Shown one piece after another: positions 26,701 through 38,320 of a stretch of DNA of 64,000 bases; within the stretch, counting starts at the first letter, position 1; every line of letters begins with the position of its first letter. This stretch comes from Lepidodermella squamata. Lineage: Eukaryota; Animalia; Gastrotricha. Under the pieces are notes generated by a model that saw nothing but the letters and a program-made list of their open reading frames with translations, was not told where the DNA came from and did not search any database. The stretch is from the NCBI GenBank assembly GCA_047495785.1, contig JBLDXI010000055.1, positions 2,019,284 through 2,083,283 on the forward strand, read 5' to 3'. The position numbers and the translations under genes are program-made.

Positions 26701-27697
26701 AGACGAAGGGCGCACTGTCGGTCAAAATCTCGGCGCGATGGGCTCTTGCTTAAGCCTTTTTGACCCGCAGCCTATGGTATGTACCTTATTTCAAAGAAAA
26801 CTATGTTTTGGATATAATGACTTGCATCTATAGGTCTTCTGTGGAGCAAACGAAGTTTGCACATGGTAATTTTGCCTAAAAACTACTGGCGAGGCAAGAA
26901 ATATTAATGTTTGCTTGTGCATAGGGGAGCTCGCACGGTTTCTTCTTACTGGCTCACCAGCGCCCAACGTGATAACGAGAGGAGGGTATGACCTCTTAAA
27001 ATAACCGACCTTCAAAATTATTTATTTATTATATTATTCTAGAGCCAAAACGACCCTGACGCCAATGAGAGACCGATGAGCTACATTACCGAGCGCGAAT
27101 CCCTTCTCCGTCATATTAGTCGGTGCCGCACCTGCATGTCGAAAGGTGCGGTTCTCGCTGTACATTCGCAGTCAGTCGATGTTCCCGCTTGCCCTACCTT
27201 GCCCCGTAACAGCTACGGCACGTGGCGCTCGTTGTGGACCGGCTACAGTTTCCTCATGGTATAAATTGACGTTCTAGGTTGGATTTTGATTATTATGATA
27301 TGTTATTTTTATAGCACGCCATCGGTCCAGCTGGTAACGGCCAGCAGCTCGACAGTGCTGGATCTTGCTTGCCAAGCTACAGGCGCAGTCCTTACATCGA
27401 GTGTGATGCTGATGGTTATTGCCATTACTGGTCCGACTACATGATGTGAGATTCAATTATAATATGTGTCGCATTTCCTTTCTAACACTGATTTATTCAA
27501 TTAATTTAGGTACTGGCTTTACCCGTCCGACGCCAGTCTTTTCCCAAATAACACAATTAAGCGAACAGATGTTTCTGGAAGAATTGGTCGTTGCCGCGTT
27601 TGCGCCTACGAGCCGACACCTATCAACCAATTGAAGAGAAGTATTGTAGCTGAACGATTAGTACAATTGATTCCTAATAAAATATTTTTCAGAATAA
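23753..27697 (+). CDS. Short-chain type IV-like collagen with a complete C4/NC1 domain, many small exons
   Basis: Signal peptide, interrupted Gly-X-Y exons from about 24270 to 26570, then two NC1 repeats: [33 protein letters not shown] and [49 protein letters not shown]. Confidence 0.88.
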
Positions 27698-28199
27698 TCG
27701 TCTGCACATATGACCATCTCGACTAGAAATCCTGCTCGCTCTCAACAACAGTGGAAAGAAACAGTTTTTATGTTTAACAGTGTTTGAATGATAGAACTGC
27801 CACGTTACTATTCTGCGTGTACAGAAATGAAGCCTAGCCACCAGGAAAGTTTCGTTACTGTACATCACTGCCCCGATTATTTTTTATATTCCGTACCCTG
27901 AATGTCTGTACTCGCGCCTTTCCTCTGCCAGCCGTGTGTACTTGAAAGCACGGCTGTCAAGGAAGAGGATTGCCTCGCCATATATCATTGTCAACTTTGA
28001 AAACGTTGAATCCAATGTTTTAGGATTAACAAAGTCGTTTGAAGTGGCGGACGATATTTTATAAAACTTGGGCTGATAAATAAAAGCTGCTTCTTTACTT
28101 TTTTCACTTTTATTCCAAAGGGGACCAAACTTATTTGTATTATTTCTTTTTTCCCTTCTTTTGTTCTCTCAGCTGGTCGTTCATAGGCCCGATTCTGCA

Positions 28200-28500
28200 T
28201 TTGCTCTTCCTCTTCCATCTCTTTCTTCCCTAATCTTCCCTCTATTCTTCCCTATTCTTCCACTCTCTCTTCCCTTCTTCTTCTTCCAATTCTTCCACTC
28301 TTCCTATTTCTCTTCCTTTTCTTCCTTTTATAGAGCAAACTGGTGTTTTGAGTCACTGACGAGCCAATCACAATTCGACAAATTTCAATTTGAAAATGAT
28401 TAAGGCGCATTTTTTATTAATTTTTTAATGCTTTGTTGTGCGTGCGCATTTTACTCAAATGGCGCAAAAAGAGTTGCTAATTAGTTGCTGTTTGCTGTTC
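28200..28500 (+). repeat. Copy of a dispersed repeat family (CTT-rich tract, GAG(T/C)CACTGACG..AGCCAATCA, ATTAAGGCGCATT)
   Basis: The same ordered motifs recur at about 38105-38320; partial similarity at about 43200-43310 and 1-120. Confidence 0.6.
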
Positions 28501-29385
28501 ATCACGTTCGCGCACAGCACGACGTTCTCAAAAAGCGTGTGTACCTATAATAAACAGCACGCATTTTACAACTACTCGTGAGAATCGAAACCGTAGAGCA
28601 GTGGTTGTCAAACTATTTTCGCTCCCAGCAGTCAAAAATAGCGGCCGGCCGGTGACCTTTCCGCCTCTGCACTGCCTCTTGAACCCTCAACCGGCCGCTT
28701 GTAATAATAAAATGGGACTACCTATCCCAGAAAAACCCGGGCTGATTAAAAATGAAAAAAAATAAAAATGAACAAGATGAACAACTGCTGATGAGATGCA
28801 AGGTGACTGCGACTGTTTTACGTATAATAGGTGTCAGCCTCCGACATGCTCTACAGCAGCTATATAGCTGTATACAAAAATACCATGATCAGCCATATGC
28901 ACGTGGTACAACGTAAATGTAGTAACAGCAACCGTCAAATCACCTTATAATTATCCAACACACAGTTCCTACCTTTGCCGTCGCCAGATCATCAATGAAA
29001 AAAACGGAACTTTTCCTCATTTGAATGTTACAGTTTTCCTTTTCCATTATAGGAAGTCTCATGTTCTATTATCGCCTACAGAAAATAATGCTCAAAGGCA
29101 ATCTTTCCCACACAGCATAGTAGATTCCAGCACCTGCTTCGAAAAGCGACCTGAATTTCCTGGGATCAAACTGTTATGCCGAAGTTTTTGGGTGTCACAA
29201 AAACTGCTGATGAAGTCGATGCTCTCTGAATACTATGAGATGATTATTTAGCTGCGATTTTTTCTTCGCAGATTGCAGATCAAGAAAAGTGCTATTGCCC
29301 GCGCTTATTCTGCGGATAGGGGGGACATACAAAAAATAATTAAATCATCCATTTCTTATGATGTTGAAAAAAATAATGTTCGTCA

Positions 29386-29891
29386 GAGGGGTTTTTTTTT
29401 ATTCGCAACACTTCGAACAGTATATACTGTATTTAGTGTATTGTCGTTCGAAAATGGCACTTTCTACAAAAAATGCAATAATTTCCACGCGTTCGTAAAT
29501 TCGCTATATTTTATACAGTATAAACTGTATTTTTCCAGCACTTGATTTTTGAATCTGTGCAAAATGAAGAAATTATACGCCATTCGCAAATTTGACTTTG
29601 TTTATCGGGCGAAATCGGTGTGGAGGGTTCGACTTCTCGTGGGGTCAAGCCATTTTTTTCTTCTTATTTTTGCCCCGGCACTTTTTATGCGCACAAGCAG
29701 CCCCATTTCTACACTTTGCACACTTTTTTTGGCTGTATTCTTTGTAGGAAAAATAGGGCTGTATTTTCTGTACTTTTTTTTCGAATCCGTAGAAAATACA
29801 GGAGAAATACAGTATTTCTGTAGCGAATTTTCGAATGCAATAAACTGTAGCTGTAGCTGTATTTTTTGTGGCGAATAAAAAAAAACCCCTC
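29386..29891. mobile_element. MITE-like element
   Basis: Inverted repeats GAGGGG(T)nATTCGC..ACA and TGTGGCGAAT(A)nCCCCTC about 500 bp apart; no clear TSD. Confidence 0.5.
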
Positions 29892-30355
29892 AGTGCTTTA
29901 TGCATCTTTTTCATCACAATGACACCGGTGATTTTTTCAGATCATGCCGTATATTCGTTTCAGCAAAGTTTTCCTGCTAAAACAGCAACTTGCGTAGCGA
30001 TTCTTTCTCTCGAGGCTTTATTGCTTATTACAGCGCGACGATGCGTATCATTAAAAGTTTCCCGCACTTTTCACGAAACTCGTCGATTCTTGTCGCAATT
30101 TCGACATATTGCCAACATATTGATGATACGTTTTACAACACAGTACACATCAAATTTCTTGGAACTCTGCGGATGCCGTATTTACCAACATGCGATTTGC
30201 TGCTGCCATCATCGCAATAAAATGTCTCGATCGCGTTCCGCTAGCATACGTGCTGCCAATTTTTTCATTTTTTCGCCAGTTTCAAAAACTTTTGCTCTAG
30301 ATTTATTTTAGTAATCGCATCATCATGGCGCTCTTTTGATGCTCTGCTTTGCCAA

Positions 30356-30783
30356 CACTGTAAAAAATCTCTGGCTATATAGCAGTCGGTATTTAGCCAC
30401 TTTGGGTATTTACTGTTTCACAATGTCGAATAAAATAGGATAAATAGCCAAAAATATTTAACTTTGAGAGGAATCCAATTAATTCTCCATATTTTACTTA
30501 AATGATAATTACAGGACGAAATGTACTCATTTATAATGCGACTGCGATAGCGATGTTTTTGGCCTAAGAGTTAGAAAAGAAACTTTGCGCAAAACAGCAG
30601 CCTTGCTCATTTTCAAATACAAATTTTTCGTTAATTACCCAAAATAATTTCATTTTGGTAAATAGTCCGCGTAAAATAATTTGAAGGGCTAAATAGGAGG
30701 TTCTATGGGGGGTTTTTACCCAAACAACTATAAGGGCTCGAGGGGCTAATTAGCGGATATATAGCCAGAGATTTTTTACAGTG
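30356..30783. mobile_element. Non-autonomous CMC/EnSpm-like (CACTG-ended) DNA transposon
   Basis: Perfect 26-bp TIRs CACTGTAAAAAATCTCTGGCTATATA / TATATAGCCAGAGATTTTTTACAGTG, flanked by AA on both sides (2-bp TSD). Confidence 0.8.
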
Positions 30784-31005
30784 AACCCAATTGTTCTAAA
30801 TAACCTTCAGATGAGTGCTGTCTTTATATATGCTGCTCGATACATTTATCAGCTAATTTTTACATAAAATTATGGACAAATTTCGCATCTTCCGTATAAC
30901 GGCTCTGCTACCAGTTTTGACATTTTTTCAACTTTTTTAGATTTTTGTTGCTCGTGAAAGTTGCTTATTGTTTTGCTTATTTCAAGTTGTCAGGTTCTCA
31001 TCAGC

Positions 31006-31527
31006 ATGTCGAAAAATTTTCAGCAGTCCGAACCTTTCATTGGAATCCTGAGATTCTTCGGACCAATGAATACCCTCGGCTTCGGCATGAAGCATAAATT
31101 TGCGACGAATTTTGTTTTCTGCGAGAAAGGGAAATCCCAGCTCGGAGAGCTTTTCTTCAACTCGAAGGAGTTTTATGAAAATCTGCATTACGGTGACAAG
31201 TATCACATACAAAACTGCGACGTCAGCGCAGGCATGCCGGAAAAAAAGCGAAACTTTTTCCCTCAGCTTTCCTCAGGGCCCTGCTATCGCCTGATCGCAC
31301 GAGAGGAATCCGGCAACCTGCTGCTGGTTTCGAGTAATCATGATGGTGATAATCTTCAAGTTAGCATCGACGATTTTATGCCGTTAGTCGACGATGAGAA
31401 TGGATACGTCGACATTCGCTCGCTGGCCGACCTCAAGCCAGTCGGTCGCGAAATAGTTATTTCTATTGTTGGGAATTTCCGCGAATCCCGCTTTGTCGAA
31501 TTCCGCGATATCGGCGCTCGAAGCAAG
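31006..31527 (+). CDS. RPA70-like OB-fold fragment (possibly Helitron cargo), truncated
   Basis: FYENLHYGDKYHIQNCDVS..FF..CYRL followed by YVDIRSL..VISIVG resembles tandem RPA1 DBD-A/DBD-B folds; ends at a GTAAG donor, followed by rearranged sequence. Confidence 0.4.
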
Positions 31528-33750
31528 GTAAGGCGAACTCTTCATGATGGCGGTTTTTAGTAGAAGAGACCCGTCCCCTTGCAAGACGGCGCGAGAGATT
31601 CATTCAGCGAAATTTTTATTAATTCAGCGGCTGTACCTATAGTTTGAAATGTTGAACTTTTTTAAGTTGTAGGGCAGTTGAATGCTGGTTATTAGTAGGC
31701 TCAGTGTGGACTCTAAACCGGGCCTGCCCTTTATTTCAAACAATCGACCTTTACCGACCTTATAAACGCCTTATAAACGCCTTATAAACGCCTTATAAAC
31801 GGGCCTGCCCTCTATTTAGGTTCTGCCTTTTAATATGAATTTTACGGTATATTTGACAATCCACTGCAGGTAAGGCGAACTCTTCATGATGGCGGTTTTT
31901 AGTAGAAGAGACCCGTCCCCGAGCTCGGCTTGTTGGCAACGTTGACGTAGTACTCGCCGTTCAAGAGCGCATTTCGCTCTTCAAACCTAGTCGTCAACTG
32001 AGCGAAAAACCTGTCAAATCGTTCTGCAAGTTGGCGTATTTGTACGTTTTGCGCCTCGAGAAGCGCGTTAATTTGGCCGGCCAGCTGCGTTTGGACTCTC
32101 TCGACAATTTTTGGCACCAAGCGGTCTAGCAGCCCTTGGAACTGATCATCGGTAAGCGATACGATGATACTATAATGCGAATGCTTCCCACAGTGATGCG
32201 AAATTCTATTAGGATAAAGAAACCCACTTTGGAAGCGGACGTTCAAGAAGAAAGAAACAATCACCAGAATACCACACGTCACGCTATGCCGAGTAAGGTG
32301 CAGAAAGAAGAAATAATGACCCCTCAAAGACTTCTTTATTATTAAGAGTAGGTGTTTAGTAAGCACATTCTTCTCGTGCACTGACAGCAGGCACTGACCA
32401 GAGATGTTCGTCCGCCGAATATAGCACCGCACAGAATTATAATCATCATCATCATCATCATTGAATGAACTGTTCCGCCATTATTATTATCATCTTCCTC
32501 CACAAAACACGGTCGTATCGACTGCAGCGCCAAGTGTAATAAACGATAAATATTTTTTGTTATAACTCAAGGCGCCAGCATCTCAACTTTACAGCAAGTA
32601 TAACGACTTCCAAGAGGTTCAAAAGAGCAGTAGCAATGTACTCACGCGGGAACAAACATAACATGATTTCCGAGAATTGCATATTATCTTTTCGCATTAA
32701 GGAAAATTCAATGGGATATATTCAAATATTTTGATTGAAAAGACGATGTCATGCATGCCGGATTTCTGTCATGAGGCTCGCAGGTATGTACACGGGATAT
32801 AATCGCTACTCTTAGATAAGTTGGATTAGATGAAATAGAACAACATGTTTCCCGGTTGCTTTTCTCCTATCATCCCATAGTGATGGTACCATGAGGCTTG
32901 GCATAAATTTCTATATATTCTCACGACAGTAAAAATGTTGCTATATGTGCGCAACAGAGGCAAGCGAGGATAGAGAAGTGCAAATATATGTACAGCTCTT
33001 ATAATGGGTCAATGGAGCAGCTACTATTCAGCGACATTACAGGCCTGTCCACCTTTCCACTAAAAATTAAACTGACGGTGACTTATCTCTACAAACATGG
33101 ATAATATTATTAAGAAGATGCGCATCATCTTGCACTTCGACTATGTAAATTCCATGCTTGGTCGCGATAACGGCAGCAACTTAAGATGCATTTGTTGTTA
33201 ACGTCGAATAATTTGTTCTTTTATGCAACGCTAAAGATATAGCGCCAATATTCACAGAAAACTTGATTGGGTTGCTCATTCAGTCAATTATAGGAAGAAT
33301 ATTTTAGCGAAACATTCGGAAGTTTGAGGCAGTTTTTCCGAAACAGCAAAAAAATAAAAAATTATCGAAAACTATTATCATATAGGTTGAATTAGGTTGA
33401 AAGTCTTGTTTTAAACAAGCTAGCAATGTGCCATGTCAGGTGTCATCATTCAATTAAAATCACTAATAAAATATGGCACAAGGGTTTGGTGGCGCGCAAA
33501 AGTCACATACACTCCAAGGCAGTCGAATCAACAGCATGACACCCAGGTAGATTTGGAAGCTTGAGAACCCCGAAACACAGCACTGACGGAGTATAGGGTG
33601 AAAATTGTGCGATAAGGAGAATTTCGGTAACCAGCCTTAAGATTTGTCACTAAAGCGACCGATCTCATGCGGATCAAGAGCGATATTTCTATTGTTAATC
33701 ATGATGAGCCATCACATTTGCGGCCGGTCGCGTGTACGCCTTATCGTTGA

Positions 33751-35085
33751 TTACGATCGGGCACAATTAGGGCAGATTATTTCGGTCTCGTTGGTTAGGA
33801 AACCTAAAATAAAGCAAAATTTACAAGAAAAAATAACGACGTTGAGACAATCAAACCTTCGCCGACAAGAGATTTACTGCAGCGATAGCATGCGAAGCAT
33901 TCAGAATGCCAGTAGCGTTCTTCGAAGGAAATAAATCGAGTACCACCCAGACCCATGATCGGTTTTGTGCATCGGTCGCACTTGTTGGCGAATTCCTCGC
34001 CGTAGCAGTCAGCGCAGAACGGGCGGTCGTTCTTCGAAGTGAACTTCTCGCCTGCCAGCAACTTTCCACACTTGGTGCATCCGAAGCAATCACGATGGTA
34101 CGGCTCGTCTTTGTAGGTTACACCACCCTTGTTGATGACCTGTTGAAAGAAATGATAATCAACACGTTTTCAGGAGAACATTTTGCCAAGCGACGGCTGG
34201 CTGCAACTCACCCCGTTGCACTTCTTGCAGCGTTGAGCGAACTTCTCTTCATAACATGGGATGCAGATGACTTGTTCGTCACGAGGAATGAAACTGTTGT
34301 TTCCGATGGGCTTCTTGCACTCGCGGCACGTGAAGCATTGCTCGTGCCACTGCTTGCCACGGTATTCGTACTTCTTCATGCCTATCATGTAATAACAATG
34401 GCGGTCAGAAATTTTGTGCTCAAACTCAACACCTACCGGCGCGGAAAATGTTTTGACAGCCGTCGCAACGGGCAGCAAAGTTGTTGTCGTAACAATCGGC
34501 GCAAAACAGACGGTCGTCCCTAGTGGCAAAGGGCCGGTCGACGAGCGAACCTTTGCAGTCGCAGCAAAAGAAACATTGTTCGTGCCAGTGTCTATCTTTA
34601 TATGACAGATCCTGATCGAAAGAAATATTAGCGGTCAAATTGGGATCCTGCAATTAACATACCTTGAAATCACATCCAATCTTCTTCTTGCATTCAGCGC
34701 AGGTGTTAGCAAAGAGCTGCTCGTAACACTGAATACAGTACGGTTTTTCCTCGCGCAAAATGTATCTATGCCCGATAAGCGATTTCGTACAGTTTGCACA
34801 CGTGAAATTTGTTTCATCATCGCCCTCCGCCTGGTTGAAAAAGGATTTCACAATTTTATTGGAGAAAATGTATAGGGCTTTTATCACCTTTGACGTGACG
34901 GCAACTGTGGCGACGGGCTGCTGAAGTTGCGGAGCGGCGTCGGCTGGCACCGCTTGCTGCGCTGGGGCCGCTTCTGCTGGGACGGCAGCGTGGGCAGCTG
35001 GTTGCGGCGCCTCGGGTGCCGCAGGGCCCGTCGGTGGCGAGGCTTTGTTGCCTCCAGCACGAGGTGGCTTGAAACTGCGTGACAT
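33751..35085 (-). CDS. FHL2: Four-and-a-half LIM domain protein (FHL/Limpet/lim-9 family), multi-exon
   Basis: Splicing gives a half LIM (CANC..CIQC) plus four full LIMs (CAEC..HWHEQCFFC; CDGC..WHEQCFTC; CKKC..YHRDCFGC; CDRC..WHSECFAC..CPNC), stop 33751-33753; P/A-rich first exon from ATG 35085. Further upstream exons are possible. Confidence 0.9.
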
Positions 35086-38000
35086 AACTAAGACGACGTA
35101 AATAAAACAGAGAGCTATAAGTCAGCGATAATACACAACTTAGTAGAAGGAACCAGAAAGAAACTAGCAAAAGAAATAAATTTATGAGGTTTCTGAGATT
35201 CTGCAGTGAATATTCAGCAAAGCACTTGATGAATAGGTGCGGCTGAGATCCCTCGGGGTCGCTTAACGGAATATTAAAAGTCGACACAATGGCTCTTGAG
35301 GCAAGCCTGCTTCCTCCATAGACATAACCTATGATTCTTTAGATGACGGGCTCATGACACATCGGGAAAGAGCGCGTAGGTAGATCATGAGCCGGCAATA
35401 TTTATTGTTTGTATAATGATCAATGCGGCAGTCTGGTTTTTGCAGCAGTCATTATTCGGCGATTAGCGACAAATGCAACGCAACAGCCAAAAGATGTACT
35501 CCTTCTCTAGAGCGCGGCGCTTCAAAGAAAATATCGTCGCGCTACCGAGACTACACCGGCAATAATGAAGAGGGTGACTCCCCGGCAATGGGCACGTAAA
35601 AAACTAGTCACATATACCGGCACCGAATTTTCGGTGTAGCGGCGACAGCGGCAAATAATTACGGTGTATCGGTGCGGCACTCGCGGACCGAAATAAGTTT
35701 GTGTACACTGCACGGCCTTATTCGCTGGGCATAGCAAGACTGCAACATGCCAGTGCGAAGCTTTACAGGCTGTTAAATCATCGCATGGGCGTTGGCATTC
35801 ATTAAAGCCAGCGACAAACAGGCATTGGCGACCACGCCTCCAATACTGGGCGCGCGGAAGGCTCTGAAGCCTTTCTGGCCTAGCAATAAGCGCCATATAT
35901 AGGCTTGTGCGGAACAAAAATAACAAGCATATAGCTAGCGAAAAATCCGCCGCAACCACGGTCCATTGTAAGTCCAAGAGCCGCTGCTATGGCTATTTGC
36001 ATTCGGCAGAATGCAAGTGCCGCTCGAAGACTGTCGCCGAAGGTTTTATCACTGCTCAAGTGGGAGGAATGACGAGGAGTAAGCTTAGAAAGCTGTACAT
36101 ATGTATACTTTTAGCATGGCGAAAATAAATGTATTGTACACGGGAGATGAAGGAAGAAATAATGCATAAAACTGCGATGGCGATGTGTTTGCAAGGCCAT
36201 TTCGCACAGCAGGCATCAGGGGCAGGGCTGAGCAAGAGAGCACGTAAGGAGCCGCAAACAAAGATATGGTGAAAACTACCATCGTGCGCGGTAAAAATAG
36301 CAGTATCCCATTAAGTGTATGCGCACGAAGACGTATCAAAAAACTGACGCTGTGTCCAACGGTTGCCTAATACATGCGAGTTCCATATATAACGTTCTCT
36401 TGATTGCCGGGTTTATAGCGCTTACATCCCGACGAAGCTGTCTATATAATTATTATTATTTTGGTGAGCGGGTGCGGAACTCAGACGGCTCGCGAGCGCG
36501 TTTTACCTCCTCCCTTTTATCGTAGCTCTCAGCCCCGTGATTAACATAAATAATAACAACAGCAATCTTGCATTGCAAGATCGCAAGCTTGCTAAACTTT
36601 CCGCGTACATTTCCGGATCCAGGGCGCGAGTATTAGATCTGATATACGCCATTACTTTTTCAAGAAGCAGCGTTCCGTCTTCGTAAGCGCTAGTTTTTCG
36701 AAAGCGCGGCAGCTAGCCTTTACTTTTCCTAAGGCGGTGGCGAGTGGCGAGCATGAATTGCCGTGGTTACATGCCCAAATGCAATACTCAAAGCGGTATT
36801 GAGCGGTATGAAACTGCATCTGGTTTATAAAACAGTTCTATATGATGAGTAACCACTCATTATTTTATCGCTGCGAGTATTATCTATCTATTTCGCCATA
36901 TTATCATCATCAGCGTTCGGAAACTTATCAGAATAGCGAATGTGAGATGTTTTGCGCGCCGGCGCACCCAGCGCGCCAATCACAATGTAGCGCAGATAAA
37001 ACAAATGCCATGCTAAACAAGCTAAGCCGGGAGCGTCGAAAAGTCAGAGGCCGTATTCGATCGTAAAAATCGCAACATGATGGCCGCGCGCTCGCGAAAG
37101 AGATGCAGTACATCAGCAAACATGATAGCGAACGGTGAGCGAATATACTGGTTTGCCTTGAGACACGGCTGAGGTGAACTGCAAGCCCAGATCAGCAAAT
37201 ACGAAGAAGAAGAATGCGATCTGGTACGCCAATCAAGAGAGAGCAATATTGAGGTTGTTTTCGAAAGGGCCCTCGCGGCTGTTCGCATTACAAATAATAC
37301 TACTTCCAATCTATTTACTACGACGCAAGAAAATGATTAAATACGGAAGTGATGTAGTAAAGTGCAAAAAGCTACAGAGAGTGATGCTCTGATGAGAGCA
37401 AAGAAGAAGGAATAAGGATCATTCACACCCATAATGTTAACCTTGGGGTATCAATCTATTATCAGTAGAAACCGAGAATAATAAGATATATATATATAGA
37501 GAGAGAGAATTTTCAAAGCGCCGCTTCGTGAATAAAGCGAGGAAAGAATAAAGCGCATTTTCTACTTCATCTATGGCAATTATGAAAGTACAAAGCCGCA
37601 CGCAAAATCGTAATTTTGCTGTTATTCTTACAACCAGAACCATATATATTTATAATATATCGCTCGAGGTAATATATAATACGCGAATAAATTCAGAAAC
37701 AGAGCGCTTTGTTATGACGCTACCTTAGCTGTGGCTGTGCGAGAGCCCGCTAATCGCTTTTGAAAAATATAACTATGCGCACAGGCGCTTCCGAGTACCA
37801 TGGCTTAGTACCTTTAGTGGTCGCCGTATATTAAATTTTCTGAATGAAGTTTCCAACTTCGCAGAGAAGTGTCATGAGGACACATAAAATTTCTACAAAT
37901 TTGTGGTTCATAGACCGCATATTTGTAAAAAGTTGGGAACAAGTTGGCTGATTTCCTGTAGAGATATTATACAATATCCCGGTGGATATCATAGGTGGAT

Positions 38001-38104
38001 AGCACGATGAATATCGGCCTGAAGGACGAATATCCATCGCTGTCCACCGATGACACCCGGATATGGGTTTATCCGGCATCAAAAATCATCATCAAATACG
38101 GATA

Positions 38105-38320
38105 ACTCTTCCTCTTCCCTTCTATTCTTCCTTATCTTCTTTCGCCTCTATCTTCCTTCTTCCTTCTTCTTTTATAGCTGACCTCTGCGCGCGGCCCTCT
38201 TTGTTTTCACCCCTTTGTTGAAGAATTCTTGTGTTTGAGCCACTGACGCGAGCCAATCAGCTTTGACACATTATTCGAACATTATTAAGGCGCATTCTTT
38301 ATTAATATTTTGTTTGCTGT
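38105..38320 (+). repeat. Second copy of the CTT-rich dispersed repeat family
   Basis: CTT-rich tract, TTTGAGCCACTGACGCGAGCCAATCA, ATTAAGGCGCATT, as at about 28200-28500. Confidence 0.6.

Noticed and set aside
33906-34523. 205-aa plus-strand ORF, and similar antisense ORFs over SMU1, the collagen and the S1 gene
   Set aside because: Antisense shadows of real coding exons.
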